Shown here: piece by piece, positions 52,483 through 64,000 of the stretch | How positions within the stretch are numbered: position 1 is the first letter of the stretch | Layout of the letters: the number at the start of each line of letters is the position of its first letter | Source: Ptychomitrium polyphyllum | Lineage: Eukaryota | DNA length: 64,000 nt | NCBI GenBank assembly: GCA_973851085.1 | Contig: OZ316775.1 | Location: 13,206,001 to 13,270,000, forward strand | Direction of reading: 5' to 3' | The notes under the pieces: model-generated | The model's database searches: none | Told to the model about the DNA's origin: nothing | The model's input: the letters and a program-made list of their open reading frames with translations, nothing else | Made by a program: the position numbers and the translations under genes

Positions 52483-53107
52483 TGTTAAAGATATGGATCA
52501 TGCAATATAGTCCTTAGAACATTCTAAAACCTTCTAGAATATTGTAATAGCATCTTAGAATACTTTTGAATGTCTCCATAGCCTTTCCATGATTTTACAA
52601 AGCTTCCAAGGAAAGTTCCTCCACCTTAAGAAACTTCCAATGAAAGTTCCATAATCTTAGAAAACTTCCAAGAAAGCTTGTTAGGAAGGTTCCAAAATCT
52701 TAGGAAACTTCCATAGAAGGCTCCCTAGAGTTCTACAACATTCTTAACCCTTATAGGAAGCTTCTTTAAAAGTATTCTAGGAGATACAAACGTCATAGTA
52801 TAAATATGAGGCAAGATAAGGTATTCCTTAGTTTTGTCAACACAAGTTGTGAATCACCTTGAATCCTGCCTTGTTCTAGTCTTTGTATCAAGTTCTTGTT
52901 AATCATTAGCTCTTTGGAAGCTAATTCTTGGGAAACACTTCGTTTTTGTTTCTTGTTTCTTGTGTCCCTAACAGTTTGGCAAGACTACTTTTCACTTTTG
53001 TCAGAGCTAAGGTTCTTTGGAGAAGATTGTTTATTATCCATCTTCTTTAGAATTCCATAGCGTCTTAGAGGTTGCGGATTGCCGTTCTCTAAGTTGGCAC
53101 CATAGAG

Positions 53108-54252
53108 TGTTGCGCACCTCTTTTTGAGGAGTGCCTGCAACACTAAGGGCATAAGGGGGACCCCGGAGTGACGTCCGGGACTTATGGCGCCAATTATGAA
53201 AGGAATCGAGTGGGCCTAGCGTGGGAAGGATCCGGAAGGGGAGAAACATCCTTGTCTATGTAGACCGAGGGCCACGAGGGATAAATCGAGGGCATTGGAG
53301 GAATCACAAAGAGCTGATTCTAAAATGCTAAAGATTGCTCAAATCAGACAAGGGAGCTAAATATTATGGCATCCCAAAGTTGGGATTGCCAAGGGGCTGT
53401 TTTGGACTGTGGCAGCCCTACACAGTGGCTGTACTGGAGTGGTACACTCCAGGGAGGGACTCCCCGGGAGTCCCGAACCTTGGGAGAGGCGTATCTCCCA
53501 CAATACTAACTCAAATCGGACATTTGAGGAGTCTATTAGCATCTATGCAAAGAATAAATGACGATAAAGTGGTTGCTTAATACATTCGGGCACCGGATGA
53601 GGAAGATATGGCTTCCTGAAGGTCCGCTAGGAGTCCCGGAGGCTTCTAGTGGCTAATTCCCAAGGGAGAGCAGATGATCTTCCGAAACTTTAGGTGTATT
53701 GAGGTTCAGCCAGCTATAGAGGGCCATGGAGCCTGCCAAATTCCACATACAGTACTATAGGGGAGGACTAGTCCCCCTCCCCACTCTCCTAGTGTCCCGG
53801 TAGGAACCAAAGGTGAGTCCCGATTGGTGGAGCTAGTGTTGGAGCTTCACCACGGGGACTCCCACACCATTGTGAGCTGGTGGACGGCCAGTTTCACAAA
53901 GAGAACTAGTGAAATCAAAACAGTACGCTTGTTACTACTAAGTTGGGGTGGTATCTTCACGTCGGCACCATGATGGCCGGGGGTGATCTTAGGATCGCAT
54001 GGGAATCATGAGTGGTGGTGGGAAGACACCACTAAGTGCGGTTAGGCCGTGTGAAATGGGAGTAACACCAAGTGAGGCCTTGGACATGAATGGAAATCCG
54101 CACCTAACCATTGGTTACCAATCAATTGGGTGACCTAAGAGATATGATAGAAAGACTTGGAGAGTGAGAATGGAGGTTAACCATGTGCATGTGGGAGTGT
54201 ACAGGGTTGATGCGCGTGACGCTTGCTAAGATGCATCACAAGGGTTGCGACA
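53108..54252. mobile_element. Solo LTR (family C) inserted in the 5' leader of the chromovirus
   Basis: TG...CA termini, ATAGAG on both flanks, and an inverted homolog of 49287-50450. Confidence 0.9.
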
Positions 54253-57200
54253 ATAGAGTTGGTTTCTCCTTCTAAAACCAAGTATTACTTCTTTCAAAGG
54301 ACGTGGATGATCCTCCTTTTAAGGTATTCATAGTTTTTTTGTCTTTGCCAATCTTAAGAAATGGGTAACGTGCTTGGAACATCAGAGAATAGGTTTGCAA
54401 CTATTATAGACCTTCAAGAGTTATTGAACACAGTTCAAACAGAAGTCGCCTGCTTCAACACCACCAACAATTTGGAGCAACACACTCGTCAAGCAGAAGA
54501 ATCTAATGGTGATATTCAAAGCCTATATCAAGAGGTTGTTCAATTGCGAGAGGGTAATATTGAAAGGGAAGACTTACGTCGAACCCATGCAGAGCCAAAG
54601 ATTAGCATGCCAAACAAGGTCGATGGATTAAGATCAAAATTGAGAGGCTTTGTTCAACAAATAAGACTCTTCATTAATTTGCATCAATCTCAATATCCTG
54701 ATGGCACAACTCAAGTGGAATTTGTAGCCACTCTTTTATCAAACAATGTACTATTGTAGTTTGCACCACTAATGGAGAGGCAGTCACGATTATTGAACAA
54801 CTTAGATGCTTTCATAGAAGCATTAACATCTACTTTTAGAGACATCGACTAAGAAAAGGTGGTTGAGACAAGGATCTAAAGTCTACAATAAAGACAACGC
54901 TCAGCTGCTACATATGCTGCAGAGTTTCGACAACTAGCTTGCAATCTTGATTAGAACAATAAGGCCTAAGTCACACGATTCCGATGGGGCGTAAGAGAGA
55001 ATGTGAAGGACTTGCTAATCAGAATGCCAAGAGCTGAAACATTGGACAAATTCATCACTCAAGCAATAGCATGTGACAACAGACTATTTGAGAGGCGCCA
55101 AGAACAACGCTTAAGATGGCAACCAGTACATCAAAGCATGGCTACTATTTCTTCAAGAATATCAAAAAGCCGACTACAAGGACCAGAACCTATGCAAATT
55201 AATGCTGCCCAGTTTAGACGTTTGACTCTAGAAAAAAAAAAAAACGTCAAAGACAAAACCTTTGTTTCTATTGTGGTAAGTTTGGACATATAGTGCGCAA
55301 TTGCCAAATCAAAGGATCTGCATTTAGGGTTCAAAGCACAATTGTGGAGTTGGAAAACGAGGGTGTTTAGTTATAGTCGGGACCATGCAACTGGACACCA
55401 CAAAGAAACGACCATCAAATCAAGGTCTCTTACTACCTTCAAGCCCCACCTCTTGTTTTATATTTCCTATCAAAATGAAGTTGTTAGATGATGAAATAAT
55501 TAGTGAGGCTCTATTAGACATTGGTGCAACGGCTTGTTTTATGGACAAGGATTTTGCAACCAAATATCACATGGTGCTTGTAAGCAAAAAATATCCCGCA
55601 CCTATTGAAGTTATTGATGGACGATCTCTTGCATCTGGCAACATTATTGAAGAAATCCAATCCTTGGAAGTTGTTTTAAGGGACCAGGCATCTAAGATTG
55701 TCTTCAATATCATTCAATGTCGAACAAATCCTATTGTTTTGGGCCTCTCTTGGTTTGAATTACATAATCTAGACATTGATTGGCGCTCATGGAGTGTAAT
55801 CTCAAGAAAAAAACGTCAAGATACAAGAAAACTAAGACCATCATTTATTCGAGCTAAAGTACTCATGAGAGCGGCAAAGATGAACCAATCTATGCCATTT
55901 ATGCTACACCAATGTCCAGTTGTATAATAGAGACTAATCAAAACATACCTAGTCAATATCAAGATTATATAGACGTTTTTTAAAGGAAGAATGCGGACAT
56001 ATTATCAAAGCATCGGCCTTACGATTGTACCACTAAGTTGCAAGAAGGAGTCCAATCACCTTTTCAACCTATTTATAGCTTATCACAAACCAAGTTGACT
56101 ACCTTGAGAGAACATATTGATGAAATACTACGAAAGGGTTTCATTCAACATTCTAAATCACTTGCTAGAGTACCCATTCTATTTGTAATGAAAAAAGATG
56201 GATCATTACATATGTGCGTAGACTATTGAGACCTCAATAAAGTAACAAAAAAGAATCACTATCCATAATAATCTCAGGTCTCCTACAACAACTTGGCCAA
56301 GCAAAGATATTCACCAAAATTGATCTTAGAGGAGCCTACAATCTTGTACGCATCAAAAAAGGAGACGAATGGAAAACAACTTTTCAATCTAGGTATGGTC
56401 ATTTTGAATACAATGTCATGCCTTTTGACCTTATTAATGCCCTCGCAGTCTTCTCCTACATGATGAATGATATCTTCCATGAACATTTGGACGATTTTAT
56501 AATCATCTACTTGAATGACATTTTGATATATTCAAAGGATGAATAAGACCACAAATGTCATGTGCGACTGGTCTTAGAGAAAACTACTCCAGCAAAGATT
56601 ATATGCCAAATTGGAAAAGTGCCTTTTTTATGAATCTTTGGTAGAATTTTTAGGCTACATCATTTTCAAAGGAGGAATCCATATGGATAAGAAAAAACTG
56701 AGCATTCTCATGGAGTGAAATACGCCAAGATCAATTTGAGATGTTCAATGCTTTTTGAGATTTGCAAACTTCTACAGAATATCTATCAAGGATTATTCCA
56801 AGATTGCGGCACCATTAACACGTCTTACAGGAAAGCAAAAATTCATTTGGAATGAAGAAGCAGAGAAAGCATTTCAAAGTCTTAAGAAATCATTCACGTC
56901 GGCTCCAATTCTTATTCATCCAAATCCATCAAAGCCTTTTTATTTGGAAGCGGATGCCTCAGATTTTGCGCTTGACTTAGTACTCTCACAATATGATGAA
57001 AATAAGAGATTTCACCCACTTGCCTTTCGTTCAAAGAAGTTTTTAGCGGTAGAGATCAATTATAATATAAATGTCAAAGAACTACTTGCAATTGTGTATG
57101 CATTTGAAAATGGCGATTATTATTGGAGGGAGCTCAACATACCATCACGATATACATAGACCACAAGAATTTGGAGCATGTCATCAATTTGCGCGTTTTA

Positions 57201-58932
57201 AATCGCAGTTGAGCAAGGTAGAATAGGTCGCTCTCCAAATTTGACTTTGTTATTACCTATTGACGTGGTAGCTTACAAGGTAAGCCAGATGTCTTATCTC
57301 GAAGATCTTATTTAGCTCCTCAACTTGGAGATGATGTTTTGGATCAACATAAGACTATTTTATTGAAGCCAGAGAATCTACAATTGAAAGCAGCAATTAT
57401 TACTACAACATTCCATCTCGACTAAATTTGAAAGGCTTTGAAGAATGACATCTTTCTCTCAATCATAAAGAAGCGCCTCAAGAACACTGGAAATCCTTCA
57501 AATAGCAATGAGTACTTTGAATTCCAAGAAGGCCTATTTTATTATAAAGGACTTCTGTACCTATCTTCAGGCCCTTTGCGGTTGAAGATCCTTCAAGCAC
57601 GTCATGATTTTCTAGCAGCAGGACATTTTGGATTCAATAAAACAATGGAATTGATTGCTAGAGACTATCGGTGGCCACAAATGTTGAAGTACGTAAAGGA
57701 CTTTATTCAATCATGCGGCACTTGTGCAAGAGCCAAGGTACCAAGGCACCAACCTCATGGTCCCCTCCATCCGCTTCCAGTGCCAGAGGGTCCATGGTTT
57801 TCTTTATCAATGGATTTTATCACGGACCTTGCTAACTCCAATTCTAAAGATTCTATTTTGGCGATAGTGGATTGATTTACCAAAATGGCACATTTCATTC
57901 CACGCAACAAGACAATAACGGGAGAAGAAACTGCCAAGTTGTTCCTAAATCATATCTACCGCATACATGGACTACCAGATGATATTGTATCCGATCGAGG
58001 GCCGCAATTCATTTCCAACTTTTGAAGGGCTCTATTCCAGCTATTGCGCATAAAGATCAACCTTTCCTTAGCACACCATCCGCAAACTGATGGTCAAACC
58101 GAATGGATAAATCAAATATTGGAGCAGTACCTTCATTGGAGCATAAACTACAGGCAAGACAACTGGATGGATCTCTTGCCTTTGGCAGAATTTGTTACAA
58201 CAACACGGTGCATTCTTCAACAACTCAAAGTCCATTCTTTGCAAATTATAGCCATCATCCTCGAGCAGATCCATTTCAAGTGAAGCATGTTGGAAGTCCT
58301 GCAGCAGAGGATTTTGCAATTCAACTTGCTAAAATCCATCAAGAAATTACCTTCCAATTACAACAAGCTCAAGATTGTTACAAAATGTATGCAGATTGCT
58401 ATCAGAAGGACCATCCAAAGTTCAAGGTTGTAGATAGCGTATGGCTCCTACGACAATATATACAAACAAAAAGGCCATAAAAGAAGTTGGACTATCAAAG
58501 GCTGGGACCGTTTGAAATCAGCAAACAAATAAATCCGGTTAATTATTGCCTAAAGCTACCACAAAGCATGCAATTTCATCCAGTATTCCACGTATTGTTA
58601 TTGGAAACCTATAACAAATCAAGTATACCAGAGAAAATTGTCCCTCAGCCTCCTCCGTTGAAAATCAATAGTGAAATTGAATATGAAGTGGAAGAGATTT
58701 TAAATTCACGCATTAAGAATGGATGTGTGGAGTATTTTATACATTGGCAAGGATATGGCATCATTGACCAAACATGGAAATTTTCAACAAATGTAACAAA
58801 TACATCTAAGAAGGTACGCAAATTTCATCAAAGATTTCTTCAAAAACCATGTCAATGATGATGTGTCATCAGTAGCCGTTAGCTTCACAATGAAGTTTTT
58901 CCTTTATAGAAAAATATAAGAAAGGAGGAGAG

Positions 58933-59484
58933 ATGTCCAAACTTCCAATTGTATGCAGCATTATTTCCAAGATAGATCACTTCTAGATCCTAGCTAGTAT
59001 GTCAAATCTTTGTATTATCATAAATATGCGTGAAGAGCGGTCGGCCATGCCTTCATCAACAACAGCATCTGTTGAGCCACCTTAACTTTTTCAACCTTTG
59101 GTAACGGAGGATCTAAGTCAAGATATGAGAGGGACATTCCAACGTCAAGTACGACCTTATGTAGAAGTATTGGCTAGTCATCCTTCACATTCCAGTCTTA
59201 ATTTAGATGCTCGTGCTCTAGTCATTTTGTTAGAAATTGAAAAAGTCACTCCTGGAAGACCCGAGATTTTGTTTGGAGGATGTTTTGAAGGACTTAATCA
59301 AGATCAAATCTTGGGATGGGACATTTCAACAACAGGAGTCTTGGCTGGTGGCCATCAGCGCTTCTTGCAAGGACCAATTGAACCAGTGGACAAAGAACAA
59401 TGAGCAGAGTATGTTGCTTCACTCATTCGACAAATTTTGGAATTTGTAGAAATGTGACAAGAAAGCCAAGAAAAGAGCTCCTGA
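58933..59484 (+). pseudogene. Candidate extra ORF between pol and the PPT of the chromovirus
   Basis: A single frame from ATG 58933/59047 continues through the 101-codon ORF 59098-59403 to ~59484. It is broken only by isolated stops, each one C>T change from Gln or Arg. Confidence 0.45.
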
Positions 59485-60419
59485 TGGGACTCGTTGCTAA
59501 ATAGGGAGATAATGTCACGAATATAGATCATGCAACATAGTCTTTAAAACATTCTAGAACCTTCTAGTAAGCTATAATAGCTTCTTAGAATACTTTTAAA
59601 TGTCTCCATAGCCTTTCCATGATCTTAAGGAGGTTCTTAGGAAAGTTCCATCATCTTAGGAAATTTCCTAGGAAGGTTCTATCATCTTAAGTAACTTCCT
59701 AGAAAACTTCCTACAAAGATTCCATCACCTTAGGAAACTTCCTAGGAAGGTTTTACTTCTTTATGAAACTTCCTAAGAAAGTTCCACTACCTTAAGAAAC
59801 TTCCAATGAAGGTTTCAACTCCTTGGAAGTTTCTTAGGAAGGTTCCAATATTTTAGGAAACTTCTTGGGATGGTTCCCTAAACTTCCAAAATATTCTTAA
59901 GCCTTGTAGAAAGCTTCTTTAGAAATATTCTAGAAGATACAAACGTCATAGTATAAATAGGAGGCAAAACAAGGTATTCCTTACCCTTACCAACACAAGT
60001 GGTGGATCATCTTGAATTTTGCTTTGTTCTAGTCTTTGTATCAAGTTCTTGTTAATCATTAGATCTGTGTCTTTAACTGTTGAACAGGTCTGAGTTTGAT
60101 TTTTGTCAGATTTGTTGAGTAGAAGGGTAGCACTTAACCTGGTGTTGCGAGTGAAAATGGCAGGCAGGAAAAACTACAATCAACCGGCTTTATCACCTAG
60201 AGCTAAGACAAGATGCGATTTCACCTCCAAGACAAATAAAAATCGTGGTTTTACCACGACCTTTTTTTAATCTATTTATTTCTTTTTTTGTAAGACCCTT
60301 TTTCAAATACACCAAATAACAAATTTTTTTCTCAAGTTTTAAATTATATAATTAAATATATCATGACAACATAATACAAGCCTTCATCCAAATCACCATT
60401 TATCAAAGTTGAATAAAAG

Positions 60420-60860
60420 ATGGTTCCTCTGGAAAAAAAGTCCAAATCGCGCCTCCTTCAAATTAAAGGCCGTAGCACAAATTTGAAATTCTAAGATTCT
60501 TCAAGAAACCATGGAATCCATTTTTAGCGGTGGCGATCTCATAAATCATCTTGTTCCTTGATAGAATGCCAAGATTTATTACACAATAAAGCAGAAGTTT
60601 AGTATGGCCTCAAGTTTGGAGTTTGACTCTTATAAGCCTAATATGGTAAATTATTCCATCCTTCATCTAACCACAAAGTCGACAAAAACATAAAGTGAGG
60701 AATTTTTTAAAAAATTGCTACATAGAATGGCTTATACCACTATTGTCTATGAGACAAATTGTAATGCAACAGAATGGAATATTACTAGGTTTCCTAAGAC
60801 TTCCTGCAATGCATGCCAAGTGCTACAAGTTACCATTGGAAAGTCTTACAAACCACTTTA
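60420..60860 (+). mobile_element. Relic of a bryophyte Mutator/SWIM-type transposon protein
   Basis: Reads ETMESIFSGGDL..IKQKFSMASSLEFDSYKPNMVNYS..TTIVYETNCNATEWNITRFPKTSCNAC. I recall this pattern (DSHRPDKVNFS..WHIARxPK) from SWIM-finger proteins of seed-free plants; unverified. Confidence 0.4.
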
Positions 60861-61160
60861 TGCCATAGATATACATATTAGAAGCATCTAAAAAGGTTCT
60901 TAGAAGATTTAGAAAGGTTAAAGAAGCTTTTAAGGAAGTTACCTCGGTGTAAGAAGCTTCCAAAAAAGTTACCTCAGGTTAGGATGCTTCTAAAGAAGCA
61001 ATTTGAGGTTGCTTGAATACAAAGCAATGTAGTAGAAGTTTCTTAAGAAACTTCCAAGGCTTGTAGTTCTAGTATATATATGAATTAAGGTTGAATGGAT
61101 CTTTAGTCTCAACATTGCATCTTTTATGGTCTAGCTCAAACAATCTGGCCCTGTCTTTAT
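60861..61160 (+). mobile_element. Truncated LTR of family B
   Basis: Collinear with 51465-51790 (catatt..agcatcta..aggttgcttga.tacaaagcaatgta..tatata). The 3' end is missing. Confidence 0.85.
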
Positions 61161-61617
61161 ACATCCTCATTATTTAAGCACTAAAACTTGAAACCAACTT
61201 TAATCAGGAAGAAGTACTTGTTTTAGAAATTGTCGACTTTCAATTGCAGAGCAACACAATGTCATGTCACTACATTAGTTATTCAAGTTCATTTCCAACT
61301 TGTTTACTCTTACTAATTTGTCCATATTCTCCAAATTTTGCAAACTCAATTTGTAAAATGTGATTGTCTTTTACGTATTACCATAAAAGACTTGCATCTC
61401 AATGCTCAAATTTTTGTTTTTTCCAACAATGCCTTTAACAAACAATTAGGCTAATGCAATGCAAGAGATATTTTTTAAAAATTTGAATATATACATTTTT
61501 TTCTAAATTGTTTTTTTCAAAATTGTTTTTTTTCACAAAAAATTAAATCAAATTTAATTAATGAATTTAATAATTTATTTGAATTTACTTCTACAACATG
61601 TTATGATTTTTTTGGCT

Positions 61618-61690
61618 GGAGAGATGGCCAAGTGGTTTAAAGCAATGGATTGCTAATCCATTGTACATTCTTTTGTACCGAGAGTTCGAT
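61618..61690 (+). tRNA. trnS-GCU: 3'-truncated tRNA-Ser(GCT) pseudogene, plastid trnS-GCU type
   Basis: GGAGAGATGGCCAAGTGGTTTAAAGC, anticodon stem ATGGA-TTGCTAA-TCCAT, variable arm GTACA..TGTAC and GTTCGA. The 3' T-stem and acceptor strand are missing. Confidence 0.85.
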
Positions 61691-64000
61691 TTTTATACAG
61701 AATTAGCTATTTATTACTCAAGTTCTATTTTTGTTTTAATTCTTATCATTTTTTATTTTATTTTTGAGTAATCTCACTTTCTTGACATTCTGAAATTTTA
61801 TTATATGTTGCACAAAATAAGTATATTGAATGAACTTTTAAAAAATGTAGCAACAAGTTGGCTTTCTATTATTTTGTACATCCTCCTTGATCAACTCTTA
61901 GAACTTTGATGTACTAAATGATGACTTCATCCCAGCTAGGTAGACTCTTGTATTTATTATTTTTGAGAGGTGTTTTTTTTCAATGATGGAGGTAGTATGT
62001 GAGAATTAGTAAGAAAATACATGTCATGTTGATAGTTGGATATTTTTATTTTGGACTCTTTTTTTGTTCTAGCAAATATAAGAATTGAAGTTTGAATCAA
62101 CCAAGCTAGGAATACATACGCATTTTAGAGATAATTTCTTTAGAAGAGACCAAAATGCCTTATTTGTCATGATAATGAAATTGTTTATACTTACTGATCA
62201 ACACATAGTTATTGTCATTGGATTTTGCTGTGATAAGGACTCTTAAACAACTCTTTTATTTTGTTGTACATGATTCATGAACTTCAAGGTGGATCCAACC
62301 TTGACTTGTCCTTACCTGAAGATGACTTTAGAGCAGGATCACAATAATTGGTTGGATCTTGGAAGTGAAAATTTAGCTAAATTATGTCTGGATGATGTTA
62401 CTGGAAAAAAAAGTTGTTTACAAGAACCATGGAAAGGTAAATGAATATCATGAAACAGTAATTAATTATCAATAATGGAGTCATTCCAAGTGTCTTGCAT
62501 TTTGTAGGTGTTCATTTATAATTTTTGAACTTCCATCAGACAAAAAACAAAAAACTTATCATCCACTCATTAAATGTAGAAATCATAAATTTTTTGAATT
62601 GGAACCTACTTGAAAATGTCCATTATTAATGAAAACTACATCAGGTTAAGAACAGTAAGTATAATGAGTAGCAAAAAGAGATGATTTTTTATGTACTTTC
62701 CTTATTCTATTGTGATTCACATACCCATGTGTGATATCCACATACTCAAAATTATAGACCTTAATGTTACAAAGGGATATGGCTTATTCTATTTCTTCTT
62801 CAAAGTTACTTTAAAAATTATTAGTCAAGTATCTTTAAAGTAGAAAAAAGAAATAATTGACACTTATTATCTCAAACAAGATATGTTAACATAAAAGTGA
62901 CATGAACTTCATAACATACTTAATCTTGTGATAAATTGGTCTTTTGAAGTTAATTTTTGAAATCATATTCTAAGAATAAATATTATATAATCAATGCTAA
63001 CTCATGCTTCTTGCACATATCTTATTCGTTAAAATACTTACTACAATAACTTTTTGAATGTTTGAAGGGATTGTTATTATACTCAAATTGAATAAACAGA
63101 GTATTGAAAGAGAACATTTGCAAGCATAGGGCCTGCAGCTAAGAATGTTATGGTTCCTACTGCACTCCCACTTCTCAATCATAAGCACCTGTGGCATGAA
63201 CCGGGACACTGGGGACCCATGTCCTGTGTGCCTTTCACACGAAATGCAACCTTCCTCACCATTCACGGAATCCCTTCAGCACGACAGACACTGTTGTCAC
63301 TAGAAAGAAGCTTTTGAGACCATATGCTAATCTTCATGATGCTTGCTGCAGCTTGTGACATGTAGGGTGTCATGATGTAACAGGACTGACAAGATGAGGA
63401 ACCATGTCAATAGATTTACTAGCCTGAGTAAAAAACTGATCTGTTTGTTTACATCTTAAAAACATGAATCTGAAAGATGTTGAAAGTGAACAATGAAATT
63501 ACTTCAAAATGATGATATTTTCTCCAAAGTGAAAATACAGATAAGAACATCTATTATGAATATGTGGTTTCAGTTAGTGATGAAAATAAATATTCACCTT
63601 CCCTTCTGGTAAATTTTTTGAATTTTTGAATTTTGTAAAAATTGCCATTTGAATATATTTTCAAGTGAAAAGCCTTTTTAATTATGTTGAAGCCATCTAC
63701 AATAAGTATCTTTCATAACACTTACTCTATAAAGGTCATAATGGCTATTGCTTTGACTTCATAAAATCTTATTGCCTAAATATTTCAAAGTTCTCTCTCC
63801 ACTCCCCTCCTTCTTTCTTGTATGAATTAAAAAACCTTTTTATTCCTATGTAACTCTTTGTAATGGGTTTAGCATGCAATGTTTAAAAGAACTTAGAATT
63901 TATATTGCTCATAAAGGTTGTAGTATTGGATATTACTCTTGATATGTTTTAAAAGACATTTTGATGGATATTCTTGTTAAGATCAATTTTTGGTTTATTT

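Larger units (their letters stand above)
52483..60078 (+). mobile_element. Near full-length decayed chromovirus (Ty3/gypsy, Tcn1-like), family A
   Basis: 5' LTR 52483-52973, PBS 52976-52986 and gag from 54361 with a CCHC knuckle. PR LLDIGAT, RT (YLND), RNase H EADAS, integrase ([30 protein letters not shown]), GPF motif and chromodomain EYEVEEIL..YFIHWQGYG..TW. PPT at ~59499-59512 and 3' LTR 59513-~60078. Confidence 0.95.

Noticed and set aside
62997..63420. GC-richer island with HVLCAFH (MULE-like CxxH) in one frame
   Set aside because: A single short motif among many stops; cannot be supported without a search.

Overview
Eukaryotic nuclear DNA with GT-AG introns. The gene and transposon content points to a moss, probably Physcomitrium patens or a relative (inference). 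The first ~28 kb and 36-43 kb are gene-rich. They hold four intact intron-containing genes: an XBAT35-like ankyrin/RING E3 ligase, the RAB3GAP non-catalytic subunit, a UBTD/DC-UbP-like protein and a BCL7-like SWI/SNF subunit. They also hold an intronless TKL-kinase pseudogene and a decayed relic at 2.5-4.5 kb that resembles a beta-class amino (N4C/N6A) DNA methyltransferase facing a possible Ulp1 protease. The 29-36 kb and 43-64 kb regions are AT-rich transposon graveyards. At 45.7-61.2 kb there is a nested cluster of three LTR families, including a near-complete chromodomain-bearing Ty3/gypsy element. Its family has an 11-nt primer-binding site complementary to its own predicted 5' end (Tf1-type self-priming) and a conserved -1 frameshift site, and the near-complete copy carries a decayed extra ORF after pol. 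A truncated plastid-type tRNA-Ser(GCT) and a 100-N assembly gap are also present. All family assignments come from motif recognition, not database searches.
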